64,000 nt of DNA from NCBI GenBank assembly GCA_018971305.1, contig JAGXBC010000004.1, forward strand, positions 4,028-68,027, in the 5' to 3' direction. The position numbers and the translations under genes were made by a program. Source of the DNA: Patescibacteria group bacterium. Lineage in GTDB: Bacteria > Patescibacteriota > Minisyncoccia > UBA6257 > 2-01-FULL-56-20. The notes under the pieces were generated by a model, which was not told the DNA's origin, ran no database searches, and worked only from the letters and a program-made list of their open reading frames with translations. Below are positions 1 through 10,011 of this stretch, piece after piece (position 1 is the first letter of the stretch; the number at the start of each line of letters is the position of its first letter).

Positions 1-257
1 ACCGGATAGTAGCCGTGCTCGTCGGGGTCCGTAATTTTCAAATAAGCGCCGGCGTGGAGCGTAATCTTCGCGGGATACGTGAGCGTGATCTGCGTACCTT
101 CGGGGCCGGACGTGGGCGAAAGCGCGCTTTTTCCTCCCCCGCCGCTTTTGTGCAAGTGATAACCGGCAAGCCCCAAACCGATGATCGCAACGCCGATCAA
201 AAAGATCCATTTTGGATGCAGAAGCGCATTCCAAATATGCTTCAAGATATTATTCAT
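1..257 (-). CDS. Membrane-anchored protein with possible IPT/TIG-like domain (runs off window)
   Basis: Read manually: MNNILKHIW...WIFLIGVAIIGLGLAGY (TM) then LSPTSGPEGTQITLT; open to window edge; not in ORF track. Confidence 0.6.
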   Translation of the reverse strand, partial: MNNILKHIWNALLHPKWIFLIGVAIIGLGLAGYHLHKSGGGGKSALSPTSGPEGTQITLTYPAKITLHAGAYLKITDPDEHGYYP

Positions 258-441
258 TTTTAAAGTATAACATTTTGCCGCAGAAATAACCCTCCCGAGA
301 TTCGAACCAAGAAAAAATAGGTTTTCAATATAAATTCAAAGGGTGACATCCCAAGAGTAGCAGCAATGACTTTTCGGAGGTATAATGATTCATATAATCC
401 TTAAAAGGCCGATGTGTTTTAATTAACCTCATCATAAAAAT

Positions 442-600
442 ATGGTAAAAGGAAACTTTCTTGGCGCGGCGATTGTTGCAATAATCTACACGGTCTATGT
501 TGTGTGGCACCCTCTTTCATCACGCTCACAGACAGCATTAGTATTAGTGATTCTTAATGCTTTAACTATCGTCCTGATGTCTTTTGCATTCAAAGGATAG
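442..600 (+). CDS. Small two-TM membrane protein (52 aa)
   Basis: Read manually: MVKGNFLGAAIVAIIYTVYVVWHP...LVLVILNALTIVLMSFAFKG*; below ORF-track cutoff. Confidence 0.5.
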   Translation: MVKGNFLGAAIVAIIYTVYVVWHPLSSRSQTALVLVILNALTIVLMSFAFKG

Positions 601-671
601 AAAGCGGAATAATGGGCCGAAGCGAAGTAGCCGCGAATCGCCTACGTTTTGATAAAATCAGGGTATCCACC

Positions 672-935
672 ATGTACTATCTTTATATGCTCCAATGCTC
701 TGACGGCAGTCTATACACGGGGATAACCAATGATATCGCAAAAAGGTTTTCCGAACACAAAAACAAAATAGGCGGGCGTTATACCCGCTCTCACGAGGTT
801 AAAAAAATTTTATACACCGAGAAATATAGAACAAAGAGCGGCGCCCTAAAACGTGAACTGGAAATCAAGAGCTGGCGACGGGAGAAGAAATTGGCTTTAA
901 TAAATAACCCAATCAAAGCCCCGCAGCAACTATAG
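672..935 (+). CDS. GIY-YIG nuclease family protein (UPF0213-like)
   Basis: YYLYMLQCSDGSLYTGITND...RF.EH...YTR...E.EIK; start placed at ATG 672. Confidence 0.9.
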   Translation: MYYLYMLQCSDGSLYTGITNDIAKRFSEHKNKIGGRYTRSHEVKKILYTEKYRTKSGALKRELEIKSWRREKKLALINNPIKAPQQL

Positions 936-945
936 GTGGAAAACA

Positions 946-972
946 AAAGCGGTTCGATAGTCGAACCGCTTT
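946..972. terminator. Bidirectional hairpin terminator between convergent genes
   Basis: aaagcggttcga-tag-tcgaaccgcttt. Confidence 0.75.
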
Positions 973-975
973 ACA

Positions 976-1374
976 CTATCTCGGTTTTTTATCCCGCGGA
1001 TACACTACACAAGTATACTGTCCGGCCTTAACGTAAATCCCTTTCTCGTGGATTGCGGATGCGACCTCCGCGAGTCTCTCAAGAAGAAACGGAATTCTCT
1101 GTTTACCGAGAAAAGAAACTTCATAAACCCTGCAAACATCTTTATGTATTTCACCCGAAGAATCTTTCCAAAATCCCGTAACCGTAGATTTTGGAATCGT
1201 ACAAGCGTTAAAACGCTGTATAAGAAAATCATACACAATGCTTTTAACGGTCTTGCCGCCTATTTTCTTATTGAGCTTCCTTATCGGAATTAAAAACACC
1301 GCGGGTCGCCCAAGATCCTCAACCCAATATCTAGGATTGTCGGCAAATTCTCTCCATTTACTTTGCTGTTTCAT
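976..1374 (-). CDS. Hypothetical protein, possible PII-like/SAM-lyase-like fold
   Basis: 132 aa ORF with own promoter (TTGCCG-17-TAATAT) and GGGGG SD; motif TGFWKD..KD..RVYEV..LAEVA..HEKGIYV. Confidence 0.6.
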   Translation of the reverse strand: MKQQSKWREFADNPRYWVEDLGRPAVFLIPIRKLNKKIGGKTVKSIVYDFLIQRFNACTIPKSTVTGFWKDSSGEIHKDVCRVYEVSFLGKQRIPFLLERLAEVASAIHEKGIYVKAGQYTCVVYPRDKKPR

Positions 1375-1413
1375 AATTCCCCCATATCTGAATTGTTCTA
1401 GCGATATATTAAC

Positions 1414-2442
1414 CTAAACCTTTTCCCACGGCAATGAATCGTTGCCGAAATTTCCCTTTCTTGTTGCTTCCAGATATATAGGCCGGCGCAGGTCCAAAAG
1501 CTTGATGATCCCCTGCGGGCTCAGGTCAAAATTTTTTCTTACGTCCTCCGCCAATTTTTCGTCCATTCCGGTTCTTTCCACCTCAACCATAAGCGGTTCT
1601 TTAACGCCGATGGCGTAGGCAATTTTTACGAGTGCCTCTTTGACGCCATATTTTTTGACCAGATATTTTGCGAGATAACGCGCGGCATACGCGGCAGACC
1701 TGTCTACCTTTGTCGGGTCTTTGCCGGCATAAGATCCGCCGCCAATCGGAATGTCCGGTCCGTAATTATCAACCACAAGTTTCCTGCCGGACAAACCGCT
1801 ATCTGCGGTAAATCCACCTATAACAAATTTTCCAGTGGGATTGACCAATATCTTTACGCCGGACAAGTCGACGATCACTGGTTCAATAACATTTTTGATA
1901 ACGAAGTCCCGCAGGGTGTCGCCGGTAAAAGATTCAGTGTGCTGAGTGGAGACAAGAACGGTTATTATCTTCTCGCCAAGCATCGTAACCTGCGTCTTGC
2001 CGTCGGGACCAATATTTTTATTTCCCGCTTTACGAATATCTTCCAGTTTTTTCGCCAATTTTCTCGCGAGCACCACGGGCTTCGGCAGCATCTCCGGAGT
2101 TTCGTTCGTAGCATAGCCCACCATTATCCCCTGGTCGCCGGCGCCACCTGTGTCCACTCCTTGGGCTATTTCCGGAGATTGGGCGACAATTCTCGCCTCA
2201 ACCTCAATGCTTTCATCGTAACCGATATCGGCATAAACCGCTCTCGCTATTTTCGGGACATCAACTTTGGCCGAAGAAGTCACCTCTCCAGTCACAACAA
2301 GTTTTCCATGCGCGCCCAACGCCTCTATCGCGACCCTGGAATTGGGGTCTTGTTTTAAATATTCATCCAAAAGCGCGTCTACTATCTGGTCGCACACTTT
2401 GTCCGGATGGCCTATAGTCACCGATTCTGCTGTTCTTAGCAT
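1414..2442 (-). CDS. metK: S-adenosylmethionine synthetase
   Basis: ESVTIGHPDK, GAGDQG, DGKTQV, GGGSYAGKDPTKVDRS motifs. Confidence 0.97.
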   Translation of the reverse strand: MLRTAESVTIGHPDKVCDQIVDALLDEYLKQDPNSRVAIEALGAHGKLVVTGEVTSSAKVDVPKIARAVYADIGYDESIEVEARIVAQSPEIAQGVDTGGAGDQGIMVGYATNETPEMLPKPVVLARKLAKKLEDIRKAGNKNIGPDGKTQVTMLGEKIITVLVSTQHTESFTGDTLRDFVIKNVIEPVIVDLSGVKILVNPTGKFVIGGFTADSGLSGRKLVVDNYGPDIPIGGGSYAGKDPTKVDRSAAYAARYLAKYLVKKYGVKEALVKIAYAIGVKEPLMVEVERTGMDEKLAEDVRKNFDLSPQGIIKLLDLRRPIYLEATRKGNFGNDSLPWEKV

Positions 2443-2541
2443 AATTTTTTATGTTTATTTTATATTAAGGTATAGGATAACATATTTGATAACTTACCCC
2501 ATAATACAGTAAAAAATATCTGTATTGTTATACTTTTATCA

Positions 2542-3819
2542 ATGGCGAAATTCGGCAGAAGAACAAAAAAACTTATCAAACTTATCGGCCCGGGGCTCGT
2601 GACCGGAGCGGCGGACGACGATCCGTCCGGAATCGCTACCTACACGCAAACAGGAGCGCAATTCGGCTACGGACAGCTCTGGACAGTCCCCTTTATCCTG
2701 CCCCTAATGACCGCAGTCCAAGAGGCCTGCGCGAGAATAGGCGCAGTCACGGGCAAAGGCATCGCCGCCGTTATTAAGGAACATTACAATAAAAAAATTC
2801 TTTATGGCGCGCTTGGATTGATATTGATAGCCAACACCATAAACATCGGCGCCGACCTTGGCGCGATGGGAGCCGCCGCGCGGCTTATCATTCCCCTTCC
2901 GCTCGGAATACTTACTCTCATTTTCACAGCCGCCATCCTGATATTGGAAGTATTTACCTCTTACAAAACCTACGCCAAAATACTCAAATGGCTGGCGCTC
3001 GCTTTATTCTCTTATGTGATAACCGTTTTTCTTGTGCACGAACCGTGGCTCGCGCTTTTGAAGGCGACCTTTATTCCGCACATTGAGTGGAACTTTACTT
3101 TTCTCTTTATAATCACCGGAGTTATCGGTACGACAATTTCTCCCTATATGTTTTTTTGGGAAGCATCTGAGGAGGTTGAGGAGGAAGGAAGAAGGCATCT
3201 TATCCTCAACGGCAAGCCCAAAATAACCAGATCGTTTATCCGCTCGCTCCGCTGGGATAATTTCTTGGGAATGCTTTCGTCGCAAGCAGCTACCTGGTGC
3301 ATTATAGTGGTCGCCGGCACGATTCTTAACGCCAACGGTATCACAAACGTTACGTCCGCGGCCGAAGCGGCAAAGGCATTGGAACCGCTTGTATTAACAT
3401 TCCCCTACGCCGGATTTTTGGCAAAATTTATCTTTGCCGCAGGCATTATTGGCCTCGGCCTGCTTGCCGTTCCAGTGCTCTCTGCTTCTGCTTCTTACGC
3501 GCTGTCGGAAACATTAAATTGGCATGAGGGATTAAATCTGAAGTTTAAAAAAGCTCACGGATTTTACGGAGTTATAACCATAGCCACCATCCTCGGATTA
3601 TTTATTAATTTTGTCGGAATCAATCCCATCCAAGCACTAGTTGTCACGGCGGTTGTGAATGGCATCATTTCGGTACCCCTTATTTTCCTTATCGCGAGAA
3701 TTGCCGGCAGTGAAAAAATAATGGGCGAATATAAAAGCGGTCCACTGTCCCAAACCCTTGTCTGGATTACTTTCGCGGTTATGGCCATAGCGGTCGTTGC
3801 GATGTTTATTTCTTTATAG
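2542..3819 (+). CDS. NRAMP-family divalent metal transporter
   Basis: GPGLVTGAADDDPSGIATY, GTTISPY motifs; multiple TM helices. Confidence 0.92.
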   Translation: MAKFGRRTKKLIKLIGPGLVTGAADDDPSGIATYTQTGAQFGYGQLWTVPFILPLMTAVQEACARIGAVTGKGIAAVIKEHYNKKILYGALGLILIANTINIGADLGAMGAAARLIIPLPLGILTLIFTAAILILEVFTSYKTYAKILKWLALALFSYVITVFLVHEPWLALLKATFIPHIEWNFTFLFIITGVIGTTISPYMFFWEASEEVEEEGRRHLILNGKPKITRSFIRSLRWDNFLGMLSSQAATWCIIVVAGTILNANGITNVTSAAEAAKALEPLVLTFPYAGFLAKFIFAAGIIGLGLLAVPVLSASASYALSETLNWHEGLNLKFKKAHGFYGVITIATILGLFINFVGINPIQALVVTAVVNGIISVPLIFLIARIAGSEKIMGEYKSGPLSQTLVWITFAVMAIAVVAMFISL

Positions 3820-3861
3820 ATGTTGCCGCGATTTCTACATAACTCACAACAATATTAAAAT

Positions 3862-5037
3862 TTATAGCGCGTAGGTGCTTGTTATTTTTGCGAACGCATC
3901 CTTGTCTCCCGAATCTATCGGCTTGCCTGCAGGCGGATTAATGGATAACGGATTTATGAGCGTACCGAACTTCCTCACTTCATAATGCAGGTGCGGGCCG
4001 GTAGCAAGTCCTGTGGCGCCAACATAGCCGATTACCTGCCCTTGCTTTACGTGCGCGCCGATCTTGATTCCTTTCGCGAAACTGGAGAAATGCCCGTAGG
4101 TCGTCGTGTATTCTTCGTTATAGCGAATAACAACTTTGTTCCCGTATTCCCCTCTCCAGCCGGCGTCTATCACAGTACCGTCACCGATAGAGACAACAGG
4201 CGTGCCGTAATTCGCGGCAAAATCAACCGCACGATGCGGTTCAACGGCACCGTTCACAGGATCAATCCGCCGGTAGGTGAAATAGGTACTGATGTATTTA
4301 TATTGCAGAGGAAACTTCAAGAATATTTTCTGCACGGAGTTGCCATTCTCGTCGTAATACCCTTCCGTAGTTTTGTCGGACTTAAAATAATAGGCGTAAT
4401 AGGGGTCGCCGCTATTTATAAATTTGGCAGCAAGAATTTTCCCGGGCATCTTGTAAACACCATTCAGGTAGCGGGCTTCGTAAATCATCTCAAATGAATC
4501 CCCTTTCTGAACGCTGAAAGCAAAATCCACCTGCCAGGCAAAAATTTCCGAAAGCAGCACGGCGAGGCGCGGGTCTTTGTTCTCATCAATTAGCGTCTGA
4601 TAAACAGATGAATCAATGGTCCCTTTTATAGTTTCAATTTTAATGTCGTAAGGAATATCCTTAACTGCGGACCGCCAATCGCCGCTATCAGTATTTTGAA
4701 TTTCAAGATTTTGATCGGCGTTGACGTTATAGACTATCCTCTTTACCTCATTAGTTGCGGCATCCGTGAATAATGACAGGACGTGTCCGGCCGTCAGCTT
4801 GGAAGTATCGTAAACATTATCCATAGACGCCACGATAGACGACCTGGTAGTTGTCGTAAGCGACAAATCATTCAAAAGAGCTTCAAAGGAGTAGCCGCTC
4901 GGTATCATTTTGTCTACCTCTCTAAGCGACTCTCTCTTCTCTGGAAGCAGAACTTTGCCTGAGTGACCTCCATGTACAACAATAAGAGCCGCCAAAGCGA
5001 CGGCAACGGCAAACACGGCGAATGTTACCCTGTTCAT
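3862..5037 (-). CDS. M23 family peptidoglycan DD-metalloendopeptidase
   Basis: HRAVD...YGH...GPHLHYEV; N-terminal anchor. Confidence 0.93.
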   Translation of the reverse strand: MNRVTFAVFAVAVALAALIVVHGGHSGKVLLPEKRESLREVDKMIPSGYSFEALLNDLSLTTTTRSSIVASMDNVYDTSKLTAGHVLSLFTDAATNEVKRIVYNVNADQNLEIQNTDSGDWRSAVKDIPYDIKIETIKGTIDSSVYQTLIDENKDPRLAVLLSEIFAWQVDFAFSVQKGDSFEMIYEARYLNGVYKMPGKILAAKFINSGDPYYAYYFKSDKTTEGYYDENGNSVQKIFLKFPLQYKYISTYFTYRRIDPVNGAVEPHRAVDFAANYGTPVVSIGDGTVIDAGWRGEYGNKVVIRYNEEYTTTYGHFSSFAKGIKIGAHVKQGQVIGYVGATGLATGPHLHYEVRKFGTLINPLSINPPAGKPIDSGDKDAFAKITSTYAL

Positions 5038-5069
5038 CTTAATCTAGAGGATAAACAGCGGAGGCCTAT

Positions 5070-5420
5070 TTAGCAACTCCGCAAACCACTTACCCCAAGA
5101 AATGAGCCAACAATCAGCGGTAGGCCCTTTGCCAAAATAGCTACTATTAAAGCAATAATAGCGTATGTAATAGCGCTGGAGTTGTCTCTTTTACTGGAGG
5201 ACTCACCTGCGGTTAAAATCGCGTACGCTCCTATTATGAAGAGGAGTACAGATATCACTATGAAGAAAGTAAAAATCCAGTTTATCGCAGAACAGATAAG
5301 ACCTATAAATCCCCCGATGGTTGTAACCGGAGGAGGAATATAGGATATCTGAGCGAAAGCCGCTAAAGGAAAAAGTGAGCTGAGAAAAATAGCCGCAGCT
5401 AATTTCAATTTATTTTTCAT
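5070..5420 (-). CDS. CPR pilin (TrbC/VirB2-like)
   Basis: Signal peptide ending AFAQ, two hydrophobic helices around TAGE, ITYAIIALIV. Confidence 0.75.
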   Translation of the reverse strand: MKNKLKLAAAIFLSSLFPLAAFAQISYIPPPVTTIGGFIGLICSAINWIFTFFIVISVLLFIIGAYAILTAGESSSKRDNSSAITYAIIALIVAILAKGLPLIVGSFLGVSGLRSC

Positions 5421-5458
5421 ATACCTAAAAACTAAAGCTGCTACCTATTTAATATTGC

Positions 5459-6196
5459 TTAGCTGCTCGCAGTATCGTGCGCCGCTTTAAGAATATTGCT
5501 TATTGATTGGATGACCTGAGCCTGGCCCTGAAGATTATTCTGAAGGCTGGTTTGTCCAATACTGGCATTAAGCTTGGTTTCCAATTCTGCGGAAGCCACG
5601 GAGCTCGGAACACTGAACAAGAAACTGTACCAGGGATAATGGACTTTAACTCTTCCCTGCGCGTCTGTCTCAACTTGAGCCGAGAGACTACTACCGAAAA
5701 CCCCGAATAATTTAGCCGGCTCTTTGTAGGAAACTTTAACAGTATCGCTCGCGACCTGAACGTCTTCCACGTTATCGTCGCGTAAGAGCACGCCCTTGGC
5801 GAAATTCTGCAGATCCTGCCCGGAACGCAACTCGGCCTGCGCCTTAACCGTACCTAAAAATTGCTGCTTTTGAGTGGCATCCCAACCGCGGATTTCCACC
5901 GCCGAGGCACTGATAACAGATGCGTTTTTGGAAGAAGTACCCTCGTCAAATGTTGAAGTGTTAAATCGCGACCTATCAAATCCAGATGTACTTGTATTTT
6001 CCTGTTCTCCATTTGATCTTGATCCAACATCGCTATGCTGCGTAACCTCAACCGAACCGCTGGAACTGCCCCGAACCCCGGTTTGCGCCTGGACGCCGAC
6101 GTAAATTCCCCCGTCCTCAGCAAAACTCCTGCCCGCGAACACTAACAAACCGACCGCAACCGTCAAAACCAAAACATTTAAATGTGATTTTTTCAT
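5459..6196 (-). CDS. Secreted hypothetical protein
   Basis: Signal peptide; AKLFG...VHYPWYSFLF motif; 245 aa ORF. Confidence 0.7.
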   Translation of the reverse strand: MKKSHLNVLVLTVAVGLLVFAGRSFAEDGGIYVGVQAQTGVRGSSSGSVEVTQHSDVGSRSNGEQENTSTSGFDRSRFNTSTFDEGTSSKNASVISASAVEIRGWDATQKQQFLGTVKAQAELRSGQDLQNFAKGVLLRDDNVEDVQVASDTVKVSYKEPAKLFGVFGSSLSAQVETDAQGRVKVHYPWYSFLFSVPSSVASAELETKLNASIGQTSLQNNLQGQAQVIQSISNILKAAHDTASS

Positions 6197-6313
6197 ATAG
6201 TTTATTTTAGCATATTTTATAGATATACGTACAGGCGTGATGAACGCAACACGGCAATATAAAAACCCCCAAATTTTGAGGGTTATTATGTGTAAGGGTT
6301 AATTTCTTAACCT

Positions 6314-6796
6314 TTAGCGAGTTACGGAGATCGTGCTAGTTGATAACTCTGTGCCAGGAGCGGAAACTGTTATACGACTGCTCGAAGCATCCTGAATAAT
6401 ATTATAGTCCGTATTATATGTAGTACAATTATTCGGATCATCACATTTTACTCCCTGCGATGGATCAATAGGTAGCTCAGACATGTAGGTCGGAACCAAA
6501 CACGGGCGAAGATTAAGCGTTGCCGAAGAAATATCCTGCGCCGGCGTAGACGTAGGAATATTTACTGCAACACCGCCAACCGTGCACTTAAACAATCCTT
6601 GGTTATCCGCCATGTTCTGGCCAATGGCATCCAGTATGGCATTAACGTTACTCTGACGCTGTGAGTTACGCGCCTGCGCGAACTGTCTCGCCGGGTTCAA
6701 AGCCACGAGCACAACTGCCGCCAAAATGGCGATAATGCCTATGACCACGAGAATTTCAATAAGTGTAAAACCTTTGATATTCTTCGTATTTTTCAT
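6314..6796 (-). CDS. Type IV pilin (probable major pilin)
   Basis: G|FTLIEIL N-methylation motif, NPARQFAQARNSQR, Cys pairs. Confidence 0.93.
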   Translation of the reverse strand: MKNTKNIKGFTLIEILVVIGIIAILAAVVLVALNPARQFAQARNSQRQSNVNAILDAIGQNMADNQGLFKCTVGGVAVNIPTSTPAQDISSATLNLRPCLVPTYMSELPIDPSQGVKCDDPNNCTTYNTDYNIIQDASSSRITVSAPGTELSTSTISVTR

Positions 6797-6899
6797 TATT
6801 TTATTGCTTTTATTAAGATTCTTTTCGACCTTTCGGACTTAGTATTGTATTTATATATCATAAGGAACGATTTGTGGCAACCCCCCGCGATAAAATCTC

Positions 6900-7322
6900 T
6901 TACGTTTGCTTAGGAACTTCGCTCCAGGTGACGATTCCCATATCGGAACTGTCTGCTGTTATAACCAGGTCTGTATATGCCCGCTCGGCGGCGCCTTGGG
7001 GATATTGAGCGCTGACCTTAACGATAATCTGGGTGCTTCCGCTTTTTACTATTGACAAAATATTACAAGAATCTGTTCCCAAATAAATTGTCTCCGGGCC
7101 AACATAGCTACCATCTATCGCTCGCTTTAAAAGGGCGGTGTTAGCACACGCTTCCGCGAGAGAATAACTTTTTTCTTTATACGAAAGATATAAAACATTA
7201 AAACGGGAAAAGAATCCGGTAAAGCTAAGCGACAAAGTAACCGCCAAAAGTAGAACCGCTATAACAAGAGCGGAGGTAACGGCGATAAATCCTTTTTGAT
7301 TTTCTTGCGAACGATTCCTCAT
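6900..7322 (-). CDS. PilX-like minor pilin
   Basis: QKG|FIAVTS leader, hydrophobic helix, LAEAC motif; last gene of minor-pilin run. Confidence 0.75.
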   Translation of the reverse strand: MRNRSQENQKGFIAVTSALVIAVLLLAVTLSLSFTGFFSRFNVLYLSYKEKSYSLAEACANTALLKRAIDGSYVGPETIYLGTDSCNILSIVKSGSTQIIVKVSAQYPQGAAERAYTDLVITADSSDMGIVTWSEVPKQT

Positions 7323-7789
7323 CTTAAATATGTGGTGACATCAAAAGATTGCGTTTCGTTCAAGTTTTTTAACGTGAACTGCGCCTCTACGCCGGCGGGC
7401 TTACTTCCGGAGGGAGGAATATTTATAAACGAAAGAGATATTACCTGCACACTTTGACTGTTTAATCTTTCGGCCGGTCCTCCGCCGATTGAAAGGGTTA
7501 ATCCGTCACCGTTTAGGGCAAAAACAAGCGGGCTGGGAGGATTTAACTGCGTTATCGTAAGCGTAGAAGCATTGGGAACGATAGAAATCGCTCCGGTAAG
7601 AGCCCAATTAAGTTTGCGCATTATAAACACGGATTCTTCGTTGATGAAAACTTTGCTCTGGAGATTTCCGCTTCCGCCAACTACGGCATAAGTGGTAAGA
7701 AGCATGCCGCCGACCACCAGCGTAAAAAGGGCGATGTAAATAATTATTTCTATTAAGGTGAAACCACCTGTTTTATTAAGAGGCTTCAT
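7319..7789 (-). CDS. Minor pilin (PilW/PulJ-like)
   Basis: G|FTLIEIIIY; start placed at MKPLNK. Confidence 0.85.
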   Translation of the reverse strand: MKPLNKTGGFTLIEIIIYIALFTLVVGGMLLTTYAVVGGSGNLQSKVFINEESVFIMRKLNWALTGAISIVPNASTLTITQLNPPSPLVFALNGDGLTLSIGGGPAERLNSQSVQVISLSFINIPPSGSKPAGVEAQFTLKNLNETQSFDVTTYLR

Positions 7790-9560
7790 TGTCATCTTCT
7801 GGGTTATACGATGCTGAATTGTTGGGGTTCCCGTCCGTGTGGCACTGAGGATCTGCAGCATCTATTTTACCATCGCCATCATCGTCAATTTTATCTGCAC
7901 ACTGAGCTGGCCGAATAATACGAAGGCCGTCGTTTTGATTGTTCGAGCTATAAATAAAATTGTCCTCAAGATCAAGGCCTGTTGTGTGATTGGAAAAATT
8001 ATAAGGACCAATCGGCTTTATGGCGGCTGGATTTGAAATGTCCAACGTTAAAAATCCGATATTGGAATCGTCCAGTGAAAGAAACGCATAATTCCCGCTT
8101 ACCCGAGTTCCGGTCACGGTAGAACCAGAAATATTTTTGCTGATACTGGAGCCCAAATTTATTGAACAGGTCGCACAAAGTTCAACCGGAGTAGTTGGGT
8201 TCGAGATATCTAGAATGTAAAAATCTCTCTCGCTCGTGCTATTTACTATCTGCCGCCCAAAATATAATCGATTGCCGACAATAAAAATACTTGTCGCGTC
8301 TTCGTCGTCGCTTGCGCTTCTTTGGGCGTCAAAAGAACCCACAAGCTGTATATTTGCCGGGTTGCCGACATTATAAACCATTATTTCTCCGGAATCGTTT
8401 GACGTTGCTAAATAAGCGTAGTCCCCCCGTACAGCAATAGCATTTACATTATGGTTGACGTTTACGCTACCCATCCAAATCGGATTAGCCGGACTACTCG
8501 TATCACACATAGGAAAGGCGGGCTCTGGCCGTACGCAAAAAACATGAAATTCGTTATTTTTCGTGGACGGCAGCGCCAAGTTCGCAATATATTTAGTTCC
8601 CACATAAACTCTTCCGTCATAATAGAAAACACTCTGTCCGGCCAAACAAGGCTTCGAACAGGTGAACGTAATGTTGGGCAAAGTAGTTGAAGCAATTACC
8701 ATTGGATTCGCTGGATCAGTTGAAACGTCAATCACTTGAAGCTGTTTTTGATTGTCGTTCTGAACTACATAAGCATAAATTTTACCGGTATTATTGTCGC
8801 GAGCAACGTCAACTGAATTGAGCCCTGGTCCAATATTTAAGCTTCCTACGATTGGAGGCATAATTCCGTTGATGATGCCAGTGCCATCCAGTATGAAAAA
8901 ATTATCCTTATTAGACATGGCCGTCATATAAATAGTTTTATTCAGCACGTCCATGTCGGTTGCCGGCGTTCCAGCGGCAGAATTTACCAAGGGGTTGTCA
9001 TTGTACGAAGCCTTGTAGTTAAGATCGCGCGACATAAGCGTATTCGGATTCGTCCAACCTCCACCAGGTGGATTAATTTCACAATCCCCGCCCAGAGCGA
9101 TTGCTCCAGCAACGTCCGTAAAAACAGTGGAAAGGTTAACACCTTGTGGGCGAAGTGAACCGCTGTTCCAGGTTACGCTGCTTGTAACATCCTTCACACA
9201 TTCGGTAATATCCGCAACCTGTAAATTAATGGAATAAAAACTCTGTGCGCTTGATGTTGTAACTAAGGAATTAAAACTTCCCGCCACGGCAACCCTCGCC
9301 GCATCAAGCTGCTCTCTCGCCAGAGTAACAGCCTCGTTATTGGTTTCCGTATCCACCGTATAAGATTGATTGCTGAACGCCACCATAATGGAAGCGGAAA
9401 CTGCAAAAACAAGTACGGCGAGAGCGACGAGCATCTCCAGCGCTGCCTGTCCCGTTAGAAGTCGCGCTCGCGACGTAGTCGCGAGTCCGGAGGACCGCGG
9501 CGCGGCTAATTCTAACGGGACCTGACCCCTTTTATATTTTTTACCAACTGATTTGGCCAT
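7776..9560 (-). CDS. Large pilin-like adhesin with LVIVD-type beta-propeller
   Basis: G|QAALEML pilin N-terminus; repeated GDYAYLA/ILDISNP blades; Ca-binding DDDGDGKID; 25-aa element insertion in leader. Confidence 0.82.
   Translation of the reverse strand: MAKSVGKKYKRGQVPLELAAPRSSGLATTSRARLLTGQAALEMLVALAVLVFAVSASIMVAFSNQSYTVDTETNNEAVTLAREQLDAARVAVAGSFNSLVTTSSAQSFYSINLQVADITECVKDVTSSVTWNSGSLRPQGVNLSTVFTDVAGAIALGGDCEINPPGGGWTNPNTLMSRDLNYKASYNDNPLVNSAAGTPATDMDVLNKTIYMTAMSNKDNFFILDGTGIINGIMPPIVGSLNIGPGLNSVDVARDNNTGKIYAYVVQNDNQKQLQVIDVSTDPANPMVIASTTLPNITFTCSKPCLAGQSVFYYDGRVYVGTKYIANLALPSTKNNEFHVFCVRPEPAFPMCDTSSPANPIWMGSVNVNHNVNAIAVRGDYAYLATSNDSGEIMVYNVGNPANIQLVGSFDAQRSASDDEDATSIFIVGNRLYFGRQIVNSTSERDFYILDISNPTTPVELCATCSINLGSSISKNISGSTVTGTRVSGNYAFLSLDDSNIGFLTLDISNPAAIKPIGPYNFSNHTTGLDLEDNFIYSSNNQNDGLRIIRPAQCADKIDDDGDGKIDAADPQCHTDGNPNNSASYNPEDDNEAS
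9450..9520. mobile_element. MITE-like element, copy 1 (71 bp)
   Basis: TIR tcccgttagaa/ttctaacggga; flanking 4-bp direct repeat cctg at 9446-9449 and 9521-9524. Confidence 0.8.
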
Positions 9561-10011
9561 TGTTGTTTATTGAAATCGTGGAACTGCGAACACCGTCACC
9601 TATCGTAAAAGTTCCGAGATAACTCGTTGAAGCGCTAAGCTGGTTAAAAACAACGTCTTGCGGCAACACCGGATTGCCAGTGATTTTCACGCCGCCGGAA
9701 GGAGTAATTGCTTGATTAAGCGAACCACCCTCCACATAAGGAGTCCCCTGGAAGATAACATATCTGCCGCTTTCAACGTGAACGCCATGCACATCTTCGT
9801 TTATGTTCAGCATAGATTCCATTCTCGCTTTTTGCAGAGCGCTTATAAAAATATTCTTTTCCGAACGGAAAGAATAGCTGCGGTAAAAATCCATGCTTAC
9901 CCAAAGCCCCATACTGGCCAAAATGCCTATAAGGGCAATGACAATGATTATCTCTATGAGGGTAAACCCGGAGCGCTTTGAATTAGGGGTGGATGTACTG
10001 AGTAAGTTCAT
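9541..10011 (-). CDS. Minor pilin (FimT/GspH-like)
   Basis: G|FTLIEIII; C-terminal ISINNNGQI. Confidence 0.88.
   Translation of the reverse strand: MNLLSTSTPNSKRSGFTLIEIIIVIALIGILASMGLWVSMDFYRSYSFRSEKNIFISALQKARMESMLNINEDVHGVHVESGRYVIFQGTPYVEGGSLNQAITPSGGVKITGNPVLPQDVVFNQLSASTSYLGTFTIGDGVRSSTISINNNGQISW

Noticed and set aside
325-510. 61-aa minus-strand ORF
   Set aside because: Overlaps a more plausible plus-strand two-TM ORF at 442-600; no recognisable features.
6820-6840. AAAGGTCGAA motif upstream of the major pilin
   Set aside because: Only one clear instance here, about 30 nt from the start; insufficient support.
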